Part shown: positions 1 to 8,515 of the stretch, one piece after another
Numbering within the stretch: the first letter of the stretch is position 1
Layout: every line of letters starts with the position of its first letter
NCBI GenBank assembly: GCA_031267535.1
Contig: JAIRYS010000011.1
Span: 1 to 50,966, forward strand
Length of the DNA: 50,966 nt
Reading direction: 5' to 3'
Origin: Holosporales bacterium
Lineage (GTDB): Bacteria > Pseudomonadota > Alphaproteobacteria > UBA3830 > JAIRWN01
Translations under genes and position numbers: made by a program
Notes under the pieces: generated by a model
Databases searched by the model: none
Told to the model about the DNA's origin: nothing
Seen by the model: the letters and a program-made list of their open reading frames with translations, nothing else

Positions 1-142
1 AAATGCGGACGGAAAGAGTTCTTGTTCGGACTGGAACAGCCGGACAAAACTGCCATCACCGCAGCCAAGAAAAACATTGATGCAGATCTGCATTCGTCGA
101 GAAGATCTTTGAGATTCCCAAAGCACTGGCAGCGTAGAGGTC

Positions 143-170
143 AGGGGTTCGATCCCCTTCGACCGCACCA
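143..170 (+). other. Orphan tRNA-like 3' end (T-arm, acceptor 3' strand and encoded CCA) with no usable 5' half; probable att-site or tRNA remnant
   Basis: The sequence AGGGG-TTCGATC-CCCTT forms a canonical T stem-loop. It is followed by CGACCGC, A and CCA. No D-arm or anticodon arm can be folded in the ~90 nt upstream. A decayed integrase starts 168 nt downstream. Confidence 0.5.
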
Positions 171-245
171 AAATACAATCCAGACGGATTCAGAGAAATA
201 TGATTTTGTGGGTAGGGATGGCTGGATTGCTTATGTTTATCGAGA

Positions 246-297
246 ATGTTTATTCAAACGAGTCTAATAAGATCTTTTTGCATGCGGATAATTTTGG
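246..297. repeat. Left copy of a 52-bp inverted repeat (50/52 identical to the reverse complement of 1209-1260)
   Basis: Direct alignment: ATGTTTATTCAAACGAGTCTAATAAGATCTTTTTGCATGCGGATAATTTTGG against the reverse complement of 1209-1260 gives 2 mismatches. Confidence 0.9.
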
Positions 298-337
298 TCC
301 CAATATTGGTACCAGAGATTTGTGCATGGATGGCTCG

Positions 338-856
338 ATGTTGACTGATGTGGTATGCAGGAATGCTAAGGCGGGCGCTAAGGGGAAAGACAAGATTTAT
401 GCATTGACCGACGAGAAGGGGGTTATGTCTAGAAATCTATCCAAACGGAAATAAATTCTGGCGGCTTTACTACAGACGCGTAGGGGTAAAGAAGCGGATA
501 GCGTTAGGGATGATCCTGAGGTTTTGTTGAAAGACGCTAGGGATAAGAGGGAGGAGCTCAGGAAGATAATCAGAGGTGGGGAAGACCCAGGTGAGATAAG
601 GAAAAGAGGCAAGCTCGAGACTAGGGAAGCCGTACAGAACACGTTCAATAACATTGCGTGGAATGGCTTGGGAAGAAGAAAGGGTCAGCGACGGTGCGTC
701 AGGTGTTTTTCTATTACCAGAAGGCTGGAGATGAATGTGCTGCCGTTCCTAGGCAGGATTTCAATTAAAAGGATATCGTCTAGAGATCTACTAGCGACTA
801 TACGCAAATTCGCATGTAGAAATCGACAAGTTGTTTTCCCAAAAGCCCGAATTTAA
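338..856 (+). pseudogene. Tyrosine recombinase/integrase (P4-like), N-terminal ~1/3 only, with several frameshifts
   Basis: Peptide pieces lie in three frames: MLTDVVCRNAKAGAKGKDKIYALTDEKG, then LEIYPNGNKFWRLYYRR..KKRIALG, then PEVLLKDARDKREELRKIIRGGEDPGE and VLPFLGRISIKRISSRDLLATIRK. This is the typical N-terminal arm-binding/SAM-like region of tRNA-targeting integrases. The catalytic domain is absent. Confidence 0.75.
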
Positions 857-899
857 AGATATTTTACGAATATTGAAAAACGCTTCTGAGTAACGTTTG

Positions 900-1118
900 A
901 TGGGCAAGTTTTTCGAAAGGTTGTATTTGCTAATGGAGGAGGACTTGAATAATGTGACAGCCAAGACTCCGATAAAAGACGTTGAATTTGCGTTGAATTA
1001 TCTGCGAGACATTAAGGTTAAAACTAAATCTACTGCGGGTTGGAATGATACGGAGTTCATTAACGTTCCCGAATATTTTTTTGTTTTTTTAAAAAAGTTT
1101 CTTATACTTAAAGAGTAG
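900..1118 (+). CDS. Hypothetical protein (72 aa) inside the IR-bounded segment
   Basis: Open frame with an ATG start at 900. I recognise no motifs. Confidence 0.25.
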   Translation: MGKFFERLYLLMEEDLNNVTAKTPIKDVEFALNYLRDIKVKTKSTAGWNDTEFINVPEYFFVFLKKFLILKE

Positions 1119-1208
1119 AAAGTGGAGGAGCGAGGGGCATTTGAGATGGCCCGATGTGCTCTGCGGTAATGTCGTGCTCACATCTGTCCGTGGCTATCGC
1201 ATATGGCT

Positions 1209-1260
1209 CCAAAATTATCCGCATGCAAAAAGATTTTATTAGACTCGTTTGAATAAGCAT
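1209..1260. repeat. Right copy of the 52-bp inverted repeat
   Basis: Its reverse complement matches 246-297 at 50/52 positions. It lies 48 nt beyond the 3' end of tRNA-Thr. Confidence 0.9.
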
Positions 1261-1308
1261 TACCACTAAAACCTAACAAAACCAACCAAACTTGCACGAA
1301 TTAATAAT

Positions 1309-1383
1309 TGGTGCCGCCGGTGAGAATCGAACTCACGACCACACCCTTACCAAGGGTGTGCTCTACCACTGAGCCACGGCGGC
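1309..1383 (-). tRNA. tRNA-Thr (anticodon GGU)
   Basis: The reverse complement is GCCGCCGTGGCTCAGTGGTAGAGCACACCCTTGGTAAGGGTGTGGTCGTGAGTTCGATTCTCACCGGCGGCACCA. It folds into a full cloverleaf with anticodon loop TTGGTAA and an encoded CCA. Confidence 0.93.
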
Positions 1384-1449
1384 ATAAGGCTCAATAAAAC
1401 GTTTTAGCGCTTTCTCGAGACTGCTATAAGAATCGGACACTTATATTAC

Positions 1450-1485
1450 AAAAAACCGAGAAGGTACATAACCGTCTCGGTTTTT
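1450..1485. terminator. Bidirectional rho-independent terminator-like hairpin downstream of the PPIase gene
   Basis: AAAAAACCGAGA-(13 nt)-TCTCGGTTTTT: a 6-bp stem flanked by an A-run and a T-run. Confidence 0.55.
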
Positions 1486-1522
1486 AGAATGCCCTAATGG
1501 CAATCACATGGAGCACAAAAAG

Positions 1523-2425
1523 CTATTGTTGTTGTCCCTGGAAAGCGGCTGCTTCCTTTGCAAATACCTTAACTTTAGATTGTACGATAAGGCGCTTTAC
1601 TAAAGCTTGCATAGATTCCTGCTTTACAAGCTCAACCAACCTCGGTTGAGCCTCTTCCATTGTTGGGACTTTAGCGTCGCGGACGTCTTCAAGTTTAAAT
1701 ACCAAATAACCAGCCTGCACCTTTGCAGCACTTTTGGTGTATTCACCCGGCTTTAATTCGGTAACAACTTTTCTAACCGGCTCCGGAACACTACTGCCGA
1801 GCACATAACCTAAATCGCCGCCTTTCTCTCTGGACATGGAATTATATTGATCCGCAAGAGCAGCAAAATCGCCCCCCTTATCAAGCTTGCTAATAACTTC
1901 CTTTGCCGTATTTTCTTCGCGAACAAAAATATGCCTTATACGGTATTCTTTTTCTTTTGAAATTTGTTCGGATAGCTTTTTATAAGCGCTTCTGAGCGCC
2001 GCTTCAGTAATCTTTGCGGACACTTCTTTCTCAAGATATAATTCCATTAAGAGCTGATCCTGCAGGTCCTTAAGCCTAGTATGATAATTCTTATCGCGAT
2101 CTATCCCTGCTTGCTTGGCGGCTATTTTTATAACCTCGCTACGGATTTTTGCATCCAAAACCATCAAAAACAATCTATCGCGATCTGGCACCTCTACCTT
2201 ACGAGCCTTGGCCATATTCATGTACTGATTTACGGCTTTGTTTATTTCTGACCTGCGAATGACAGCATTGCCAATCGACGCAACGATCTCGTCGCCAGCA
2301 GATGCGTTCTGTTTGTTTTCAGGTTGGCCCGACTGATCGGCGCCTTCGGCATATGCAACCTCGCGGAGGTGCATCGATGCGAAAATGCCGATACATGATA
2401 AAGCGATTAAAATTTTTGTTTTCAT
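1523..2425 (-). CDS. PpiC-type peptidyl-prolyl cis-trans isomerase (SurA/PrsA-like, secreted)
   Basis: The N-terminus MKTKILIALSCIGIFA looks like a signal peptide. The parvulin domain reads YRIRHIFV...GGDFAALADQYS..GGDLGYV. The ATG at 2425 is preferred over the TTG at 2446 because GAGAG lies upstream of it. Confidence 0.8.
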   Translation of the reverse strand: MKTKILIALSCIGIFASMHLREVAYAEGADQSGQPENKQNASAGDEIVASIGNAVIRRSEINKAVNQYMNMAKARKVEVPDRDRLFLMVLDAKIRSEVIKIAAKQAGIDRDKNYHTRLKDLQDQLLMELYLEKEVSAKITEAALRSAYKKLSEQISKEKEYRIRHIFVREENTAKEVISKLDKGGDFAALADQYNSMSREKGGDLGYVLGSSVPEPVRKVVTELKPGEYTKSAAKVQAGYLVFKLEDVRDAKVPTMEEAQPRLVELVKQESMQALVKRLIVQSKVKVFAKEAAAFQGQQQ

Positions 2426-2513
2426 CAAAGTGCTCTCAAATACCAAAACGATTCAGATGGGTGCAAGTGTACAACAAAACTAAGTTTTTAGCAAGCGCAA
2501 AAGTCGAAAACGC

Positions 2514-3599
2514 CTAAAATGGCCCAGAGCGCTTAGCTTTAAGAAGATTTTGGAATAATTTTTCCCAACTCGCAGCGATTTTTTTTGCGGCATAATTGTT
2601 TTGGATGTGCTTTTTTGCGTTTCTACCCAGCCGATCCCTCAACTTTGGATTCTGAATAAGCGTTTTCATCGATTCGGTCAATTGACGAACGTCGCCTGAG
2701 TTAATCAACAGCCCTGTCTCTCCTGGCTTTATCAGCTCATCTGCCCCGCTTATATTGCCGTATATTACCGGCAGGCCTGCTAGCATAGCCTCGCATAATG
2801 CGTTTGGGAATCCTTCGAACTTAGACGGCATCACGAAAATAGAACTTTTATACAGCGCGGAATATATGTCTTTAGTCGTACCGCATAGCTGTACGCGACC
2901 GCCTAAATTACAGCGGTTTATCTGTTGTTGAAGGTCATTTTTCTGCTTCCCTTCACCCCAAATTTCCAGTCGCCAGTCAGGGAAATCGTTTGCTATTTGC
3001 GAGAATGATTCGATAAGCAAACTATGCGCCTTTTGTTTATCAAGCCGACCAATTGCAATTATCAATTTCTCTCTATTGTCCTTATCACCCTTCAGATACG
3101 CTTCATCAGGTAAAATTATGGGGTTGGCAATCACATTTACGCGATTGCCGATGCCCTTGAATTGATTTTTAATTTTATTTGTTTGAACCACCAGTCGGTC
3201 AGCAAATCTGTATATAAAAAAGCCCAGCAGACTTAAAGTTTTAGATATTAATGAGTTATAGTATTCCTTAGAGATTCGTTCGCTGACTATTACTGAAATA
3301 CCCAAATTAAGGCTTGCCACAAGAGTGGTAACATTCTGTCGCATAAGAAACGATACAATCACATCTGGTCTATAGTCTTTAATGGCTTTTCTAAGCCTTA
3401 TTATCGACAATATGGTCCTTCTTAAAGAATCGGTGCTAATTAGCCTAACCTTCGGATGCAGAGTGTAGAAACAGTTTTCTGACTTATCTTGGATTACCGC
3501 CGTAACCTCATGACGCTGGGATAAGATCTTGGTAAGGATCGATATAACACGCTCAGATCCGCCTTGACGAAGGGTTGGTATGGTGAATAATAGCTTCAT
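2514..3599 (-). CDS. Glycosyltransferase family 4 (GT-B fold)
   Basis: The N-terminus reads MKLLFTIPTLRQGGSERV. The C-terminal E-x7-E region reads SKFEGFPNALCEAMLAGLPVI. Confidence 0.8.
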   Translation of the reverse strand: MKLLFTIPTLRQGGSERVISILTKILSQRHEVTAVIQDKSENCFYTLHPKVRLISTDSLRRTILSIIRLRKAIKDYRPDVIVSFLMRQNVTTLVASLNLGISVIVSERISKEYYNSLISKTLSLLGFFIYRFADRLVVQTNKIKNQFKGIGNRVNVIANPIILPDEAYLKGDKDNREKLIIAIGRLDKQKAHSLLIESFSQIANDFPDWRLEIWGEGKQKNDLQQQINRCNLGGRVQLCGTTKDIYSALYKSSIFVMPSKFEGFPNALCEAMLAGLPVIYGNISGADELIKPGETGLLINSGDVRQLTESMKTLIQNPKLRDRLGRNAKKHIQNNYAAKKIAASWEKLFQNLLKAKRSGPF

Positions 3600-3623
3600 G
3601 TCGTCCAACCAGTTACACTTAAA

Positions 3624-4766
3624 ATGCAAGATAAGTTAGTTCGTTTTGTAATTGGCTCAACCGGTATTGGCGGCGCTGAAAAACAGGTTGCCGCAGTTCT
3701 TCCTAAGCTGGCCGAAAGGGGGTGGAAAGCTCGTCTTGTGACGCTGAGCCCTGATGACGACGAGCTAGCAGCAGCGTTCTTTAAAAATGAAATCAATGTC
3801 ATAAAACCAAAATCGTTTCGTTTTACAAGCGGCTTATTCGGAATAATGTGCAAATTTATATCCATTTTATCGCATTTGTATTCTGAGTTTAAAAATCGAC
3901 CAGGCATTGTAACTGTATTCATGATGTCGCATTCAATTTTATTTGGCATGACGGCTTATTTTTTGGCACACAGCAAAGGAAAAAGGATTTTTAGCATAAG
4001 AAACACTATTGATCGCCAACATTCGTACTTTCTGAGAGCTTATGAGACATTTTTGTATAAATTTGCAGATTGTTTTGTGGTCAACAGCCACGAACTTGCC
4101 GAACAACTTATAGGGACAGATAAAATTCCGTCATCCAAGGTTCGCATCGTTAATAATGCGTTCGAATGTAATCAGTTTTCACATCAAATTAACCAACTTT
4201 CTGTAAGAAAAAAGTTGAAAATTGAAAATAAAACAAAAGCGCTGCTTATACTAGCAAGATTAGTCGCCTTTAAAGGCCACGATGATCTTCTGTACGCCTT
4301 GAGCATCGCCGAACAAAAGCTTTCGAAGCTTACAAGTGACAATTGGGTCTGTTTATTCGCGGGGGATGGGCCGGAAAAAGCGCGGCTTGAACAAAAAACT
4401 AAGCAATTAGGATTAGGTCGCTACGTAAGGTTTCTTGGAACCTGCAACAACGTAAATGAGCTGTTGGCCATTTGCGACCTGTTTGTTGCGCCTTCGCATT
4501 CAGAAGGGATGCCGAATACGGTCATTGAGGCGATGTACATGGGGAAAGAAGTTGTGGGAACCGACATTATGTGTATGCGCGAGCTAACCCAAGGGCTGTA
4601 TAGGCTGGTTCCAATAAAATCTCCTAACAAGCTGGCCGAAGCTATAGTTGAGGCGATTAAAAACCCAAACCCTGCCGTCGGCGTGAAAGCAAAAGCTTTA
4701 ATTGAGAAAAACTTCTCTATTGACAAGGCCGTAAGCGGATGGGAAAGAGTCATACAAAATCTTTAA
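3624..4766 (+). CDS. Glycosyltransferase family 4 (GT-B fold)
   Basis: GSTGIGGAEKQV near the N-terminus; PSHSEGMPNTVIEAMYMGKEVV E-x7-E motif. The gene is divergent from the neighbouring GT4 gene. Confidence 0.8.
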   Translation: MQDKLVRFVIGSTGIGGAEKQVAAVLPKLAERGWKARLVTLSPDDDELAAAFFKNEINVIKPKSFRFTSGLFGIMCKFISILSHLYSEFKNRPGIVTVFMMSHSILFGMTAYFLAHSKGKRIFSIRNTIDRQHSYFLRAYETFLYKFADCFVVNSHELAEQLIGTDKIPSSKVRIVNNAFECNQFSHQINQLSVRKKLKIENKTKALLILARLVAFKGHDDLLYALSIAEQKLSKLTSDNWVCLFAGDGPEKARLEQKTKQLGLGRYVRFLGTCNNVNELLAICDLFVAPSHSEGMPNTVIEAMYMGKEVVGTDIMCMRELTQGLYRLVPIKSPNKLAEAIVEAIKNPNPAVGVKAKALIEKNFSIDKAVSGWERVIQNL

Positions 4767-4803
4767 ATTTATAGGCGCTTAATAGCGTCGCATTAACACC
4801 CAT

Positions 4804-7167
4804 ATGAAGCTGGTAATAGTAGAGTCCCCCGCTAAAGCGAAAACCATAAACAAGTACCTTGGCGCTGGTTACAAGGTGATTGCTAGCTATGGCCATGTGC
4901 GCGACTTGCCGTCGAAGGACGGTTCAGTAGACCCTGATCATAAATTCGCCATGATTTGGGAAATCAGCGATCGCAGCAAAAAGCAGATCGACGCCATAGT
5001 GAAAGAGGCAAAGACTGCCAATGAGATACTGCTGGCTACCGACCCGGACCGAGAAGGCGAGGCCATTTCTTGGCATATCAAGGATATAATTCACAGCAAA
5101 GGCATAAAAGACAAGCCAATACAACGTATCGCTTTCCACGAAATCACTAAATCCGCCATAAACAAAGCGATAAACTCGCCCAGGGATCTTGATCAATCTC
5201 TTATTGAGGCCTACCTTGCGCGACGAGCGCTGGATTATCTTGTTGGCTTTAACATATCGCCTGTGCTGTGGAGGAAGCTTCCCGGAAGCAAATCTGCAGG
5301 CCGGGTTCAATCAGTTGCACTCAGGCTTATTGCCGATCGCGAGCTTGAGATAGAGGAATTTAAGCCTCAAGAATTTTGGACGGTCGAGGCTCTGTTCAAA
5401 AATGAAAAAGGCGATATTTTCCCGGCAAAGTTGACGGTTTTGAATGGCGAAAAGCTTGAGAAATTTTCGCTGAATAACGCTCAGCTTGCCTCCGCAGCGA
5501 TTGCTTCTGTGGACGGGGGCAAATATAGGGTCGAAAATGTAGAGAAAAAATCGATCAAGCGCAATCCCTGGCCCCCTTTTATAACGTCCACTCTGCAGCA
5601 AGAGGCTTCAAGGAAACTTGGGTTTTCGTCAAAACGCACCATGCAGCTGGCCCAATCTCTTTATGAAGGCGCGAGTATAGACGGCGAGACGATCGGTCTT
5701 ATCACCTATATGAGAACAGACAGCGTTAATCTGGCGAGCGATGCTGTGTCCGGTATACGTGAAGCTATAAATCAAGACTTCGGTGAAAAATATCTGCCCA
5801 AATCGCCTAGAGTGTTCCAGAACAAAGTCAAAAATGCACAAGAAGCGCATGAGGCTATACGTCCCACCAATGTGTTGATTTCGCCCTCGCAACTGCAAGG
5901 TAAGTTAGATAAAGATCTCTGGCGACTTTATGACCTTATCTGGAAGCGAACCGTTGCTTGCCAGATGCAGCAAGCGCTTATTGACCAGGTTATCGTGGAC
6001 ATCTGCGACTCTTTAGGCAAGCACGTCTTTCGCGCAGTTGGGTCGACTGTTGCTTTCGACGGCTTTTTGAAGCTTTATCAAGAAGAAAAGGATGACGATA
6101 AGGGCGATGACGGAGAAGGCGCTGTGCTTCCGCCGTTAAGTGCGGAGGAATCCGTAATTATCGAAAACCTTGATAAGAAACAGCATTTCACCCAATCGCC
6201 GCCAAGATATACAGAAGCCAGTCTGGTTAAACGATTAGAAGAGTTGGGGATTGGTCGCCCATCGACATATGCCAATATAATTCAGGTTTTGCAAGACCGA
6301 AACTACGTTCGTCTGGACAAAAAACGCTTTTTCCCAGAAGAGCGGGGCATGATCGTGAATACATTTTTGTTGAATTATTTTGCTAAATACGTCGAATATG
6401 ATTTTACAGCCGATCTTGAGCAGCAACTTGATGATATATCCAATGCAAGGATCTCAAGGCTTAAGGTCTTAGACGACTTTTGGCAAGGATTTACAAAAGT
6501 TGTTGACGTTTCCAAAGAGCTCCGCATTACCGAAGTACTAAATTTAATAGAAGACAAGCTTAACCATCACCTTTTCCCGGTGAAAGATGGCGAAGACCGT
6601 AACAAAACCAGAGCCTGCCCAATGTGTGGCAGTGGGCGTGTCGGCTTAAAACTGGGGCGGTACGGCGCCTTTCTTGGGTGTTCGTCTTATCCGAAATGCT
6701 CGTTCACAAGCGCATTGTACGATAATACCGCCTCGTCTGCGGAGGCAGACGGCAGGGCTTCTGTGCCTGGTAAGTACGAACCTAAAGTTCTTGGCAAAGA
6801 TCCAAACTCTGGTCAGAATATCACCCTTAGAAAAGGCCCTTATGGATTCTATGTCCAAGTAGGAGAGGCTGCAATCGGCAACAAAGGTAGCGTCAAGCGT
6901 GTTTCTGTGCCAAAGGCCATGGACCCTGAGCAAATTTCTCTGCCTCAGGCAAGGATTCTTATTAGTTTGCCGAAGATTCTGGGTAAACATCCAGATGATG
7001 GAAAAGAAGTGTCAATTGGCGTAGGCCGTTTCGGTCCATACGTCAGGCACGATAACAAATTCTTTTCCTTAGACTACGCTAAGCTGTTTTCATTATCGTC
7101 TGTCGACCAAGCGATTGCGTTAATAACTGAAGCGGCTAAAAATTCAAAAAGCAAAAAAACCACTTAA
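4804..7167 (+). CDS. topA: DNA topoisomerase I
   Basis: The Toprim start reads MKLVIVESPAKAKTINKYLG. The motifs DPDREGEAISWH and the active-site region ITYMRTDS are present. The C-terminal zinc ribbon reads CPMCGSG...GCSSYPKC. Confidence 0.95.
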   Translation: MKLVIVESPAKAKTINKYLGAGYKVIASYGHVRDLPSKDGSVDPDHKFAMIWEISDRSKKQIDAIVKEAKTANEILLATDPDREGEAISWHIKDIIHSKGIKDKPIQRIAFHEITKSAINKAINSPRDLDQSLIEAYLARRALDYLVGFNISPVLWRKLPGSKSAGRVQSVALRLIADRELEIEEFKPQEFWTVEALFKNEKGDIFPAKLTVLNGEKLEKFSLNNAQLASAAIASVDGGKYRVENVEKKSIKRNPWPPFITSTLQQEASRKLGFSSKRTMQLAQSLYEGASIDGETIGLITYMRTDSVNLASDAVSGIREAINQDFGEKYLPKSPRVFQNKVKNAQEAHEAIRPTNVLISPSQLQGKLDKDLWRLYDLIWKRTVACQMQQALIDQVIVDICDSLGKHVFRAVGSTVAFDGFLKLYQEEKDDDKGDDGEGAVLPPLSAEESVIIENLDKKQHFTQSPPRYTEASLVKRLEELGIGRPSTYANIIQVLQDRNYVRLDKKRFFPEERGMIVNTFLLNYFAKYVEYDFTADLEQQLDDISNARISRLKVLDDFWQGFTKVVDVSKELRITEVLNLIEDKLNHHLFPVKDGEDRNKTRACPMCGSGRVGLKLGRYGAFLGCSSYPKCSFTSALYDNTASSAEADGRASVPGKYEPKVLGKDPNSGQNITLRKGPYGFYVQVGEAAIGNKGSVKRVSVPKAMDPEQISLPQARILISLPKILGKHPDDGKEVSIGVGRFGPYVRHDNKFFSLDYAKLFSLSSVDQAIALITEAAKNSKSKKTT

Positions 7168-7271
7168 AATAAACCCTAGAGCCGTACAGGCGTTTTTTTT
7201 ACAATCCCGTTTATTGACTTTTGATTATCGAGCATTTAGGGTGGCGCGATTAAGCAAATAGCCTACAAATA

Positions 7272-8480
7272 ATGCAAATCTTTGAATTAACTAAGCGTTT
7301 AAAGAATCTCGTTTTGAATCCGCTAATACAGCTAATTATAGCGCTAGTTGTCGCTTCGACGTGTTATGACAAGCTGCAGCCGGATACCGTACGTTTCTTT
7401 CTTACAATCAGCGCTTGTTTGAAAGAGTTGCTGGCGTTTGTGTTGCCGTTTTTGCTGTTTAGCTTTGTAGCCGTCGCACTTTCATCTATACCAAAAGACG
7501 GGATGCTTTTTGTCCTAGGTCTCATGGTGGTTGTTTTTTTATCGAACTTCGTCAATGTTTTGTTATCAGGGACAGTAGGATTTCTGGTATTATCTGGCGC
7601 CGAGACGCATGTTATTCCAGAGCCAACGACAGCTTTCTTGCCGTTTTTCGACGCCAAGCTACCTCACATTGCAGAAACTGCAGAATCTTTATTCCTTGGT
7701 ATAGCCGTTGGCTTAGTTAATTCGTTTCGCCCCAATCGTTATATCTCTGTCACCGTCAAGTTTGTGCACAGTTGCGTGATGAAGTTTATGAAGAACTTTT
7801 TTGTGCCGCTTTTGCCCATTTTTGTTGGCGGCTTTTTGCTGAAACTGCTTTCAGAAGGCAAAATGCTGGGCTTTGTCGGAAACAACACCAAAGTTTGCAT
7901 TATAACCTGTGGATTTTTGTGGATTTATCTTGGGCTTTGGCTCTTGGCTGCCTCATCATTCAAATTTGGTCGGGCGATAGAGATATTTAAGACAACATTT
8001 CCAGCCATTGTCACGGCTTTCAGCTCTATGTCCAGCGCTGCGGCCTTGCCGTTGTCCTTGGGTGCAGCTGAAAAAAACACTAAAGATAAAATGCTGGCCG
8101 ATGCGGTAATGCCGATTACCCTAAATTTTCATATGGTTGGCGATACGATAATCGTGCCGATTATGGCCTTAATGGTCATGCTCGCCTTCAATCATCCGCT
8201 GCCTAATGTGCACGATTTTGTATTATTCGGTTTGTTCTTTATCCTTAACAAATTTGCCGGCGGCGGCGTGCCAAGCGGTACTATAATGGTAACCGTACCA
8301 GTGCTGGAAAAATATTTGGGATTTGATAGCTCTATGACGGCGTTTATCATTGCGCTGTATGGGGTAATAGACCCAATCGCCTCATCCGGCAACGTAGCAG
8401 CCAACAACTTCTTTATAGTAATTTTCCAAAAAATCAGGAATCTAGCCAAAAAAAGCCGACATTGTACCCAGAACGTTTAA
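7272..8480 (+). CDS. Dicarboxylate/amino acid:cation symporter (DAACS) family transporter
   Basis: The protein is polytopic and hydrophobic. It carries the SSAAALPLSLGAAE and NFHMVGDTI motifs typical of the sodium:dicarboxylate symporter family. Confidence 0.8.
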   Translation: MQIFELTKRLKNLVLNPLIQLIIALVVASTCYDKLQPDTVRFFLTISACLKELLAFVLPFLLFSFVAVALSSIPKDGMLFVLGLMVVVFLSNFVNVLLSGTVGFLVLSGAETHVIPEPTTAFLPFFDAKLPHIAETAESLFLGIAVGLVNSFRPNRYISVTVKFVHSCVMKFMKNFFVPLLPIFVGGFLLKLLSEGKMLGFVGNNTKVCIITCGFLWIYLGLWLLAASSFKFGRAIEIFKTTFPAIVTAFSSMSSAAALPLSLGAAEKNTKDKMLADAVMPITLNFHMVGDTIIVPIMALMVMLAFNHPLPNVHDFVLFGLFFILNKFAGGGVPSGTIMVTVPVLEKYLGFDSSMTAFIIALYGVIDPIASSGNVAANNFFIVIFQKIRNLAKKSRHCTQNV

Positions 8481-8515
8481 TCGCATAATGTATCTCAACC
8501 CAACATCGCCAAACC

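Larger units (their letters stand above)
143..1260. mobile_element. Remnant of a tRNA-targeting integrative element (att-like tRNA 3' end, inverted repeats, truncated integrase, orphan ORF)
   Basis: This call combines the tRNA 3' fragment, the P4-type integrase N-terminal pseudogene and the 52-bp inverted repeats. The segment is adjacent to tRNA-Thr. Confidence 0.45.

Noticed and set aside
1-170. Possible tmRNA (ssrA) 3' end, because an integrase relic follows a T-arm and CCA terminus.
   Set aside because: The acceptor 3' strand CGACCGC places C, not U, at position 70, so a G3:U70 alanine identity pair is impossible. No tag-like ORF of the ANDN...AA-stop type is present nearby. As I recall, alphaproteobacterial ssrA is also two-piece, and the expected downstream coding piece is absent.
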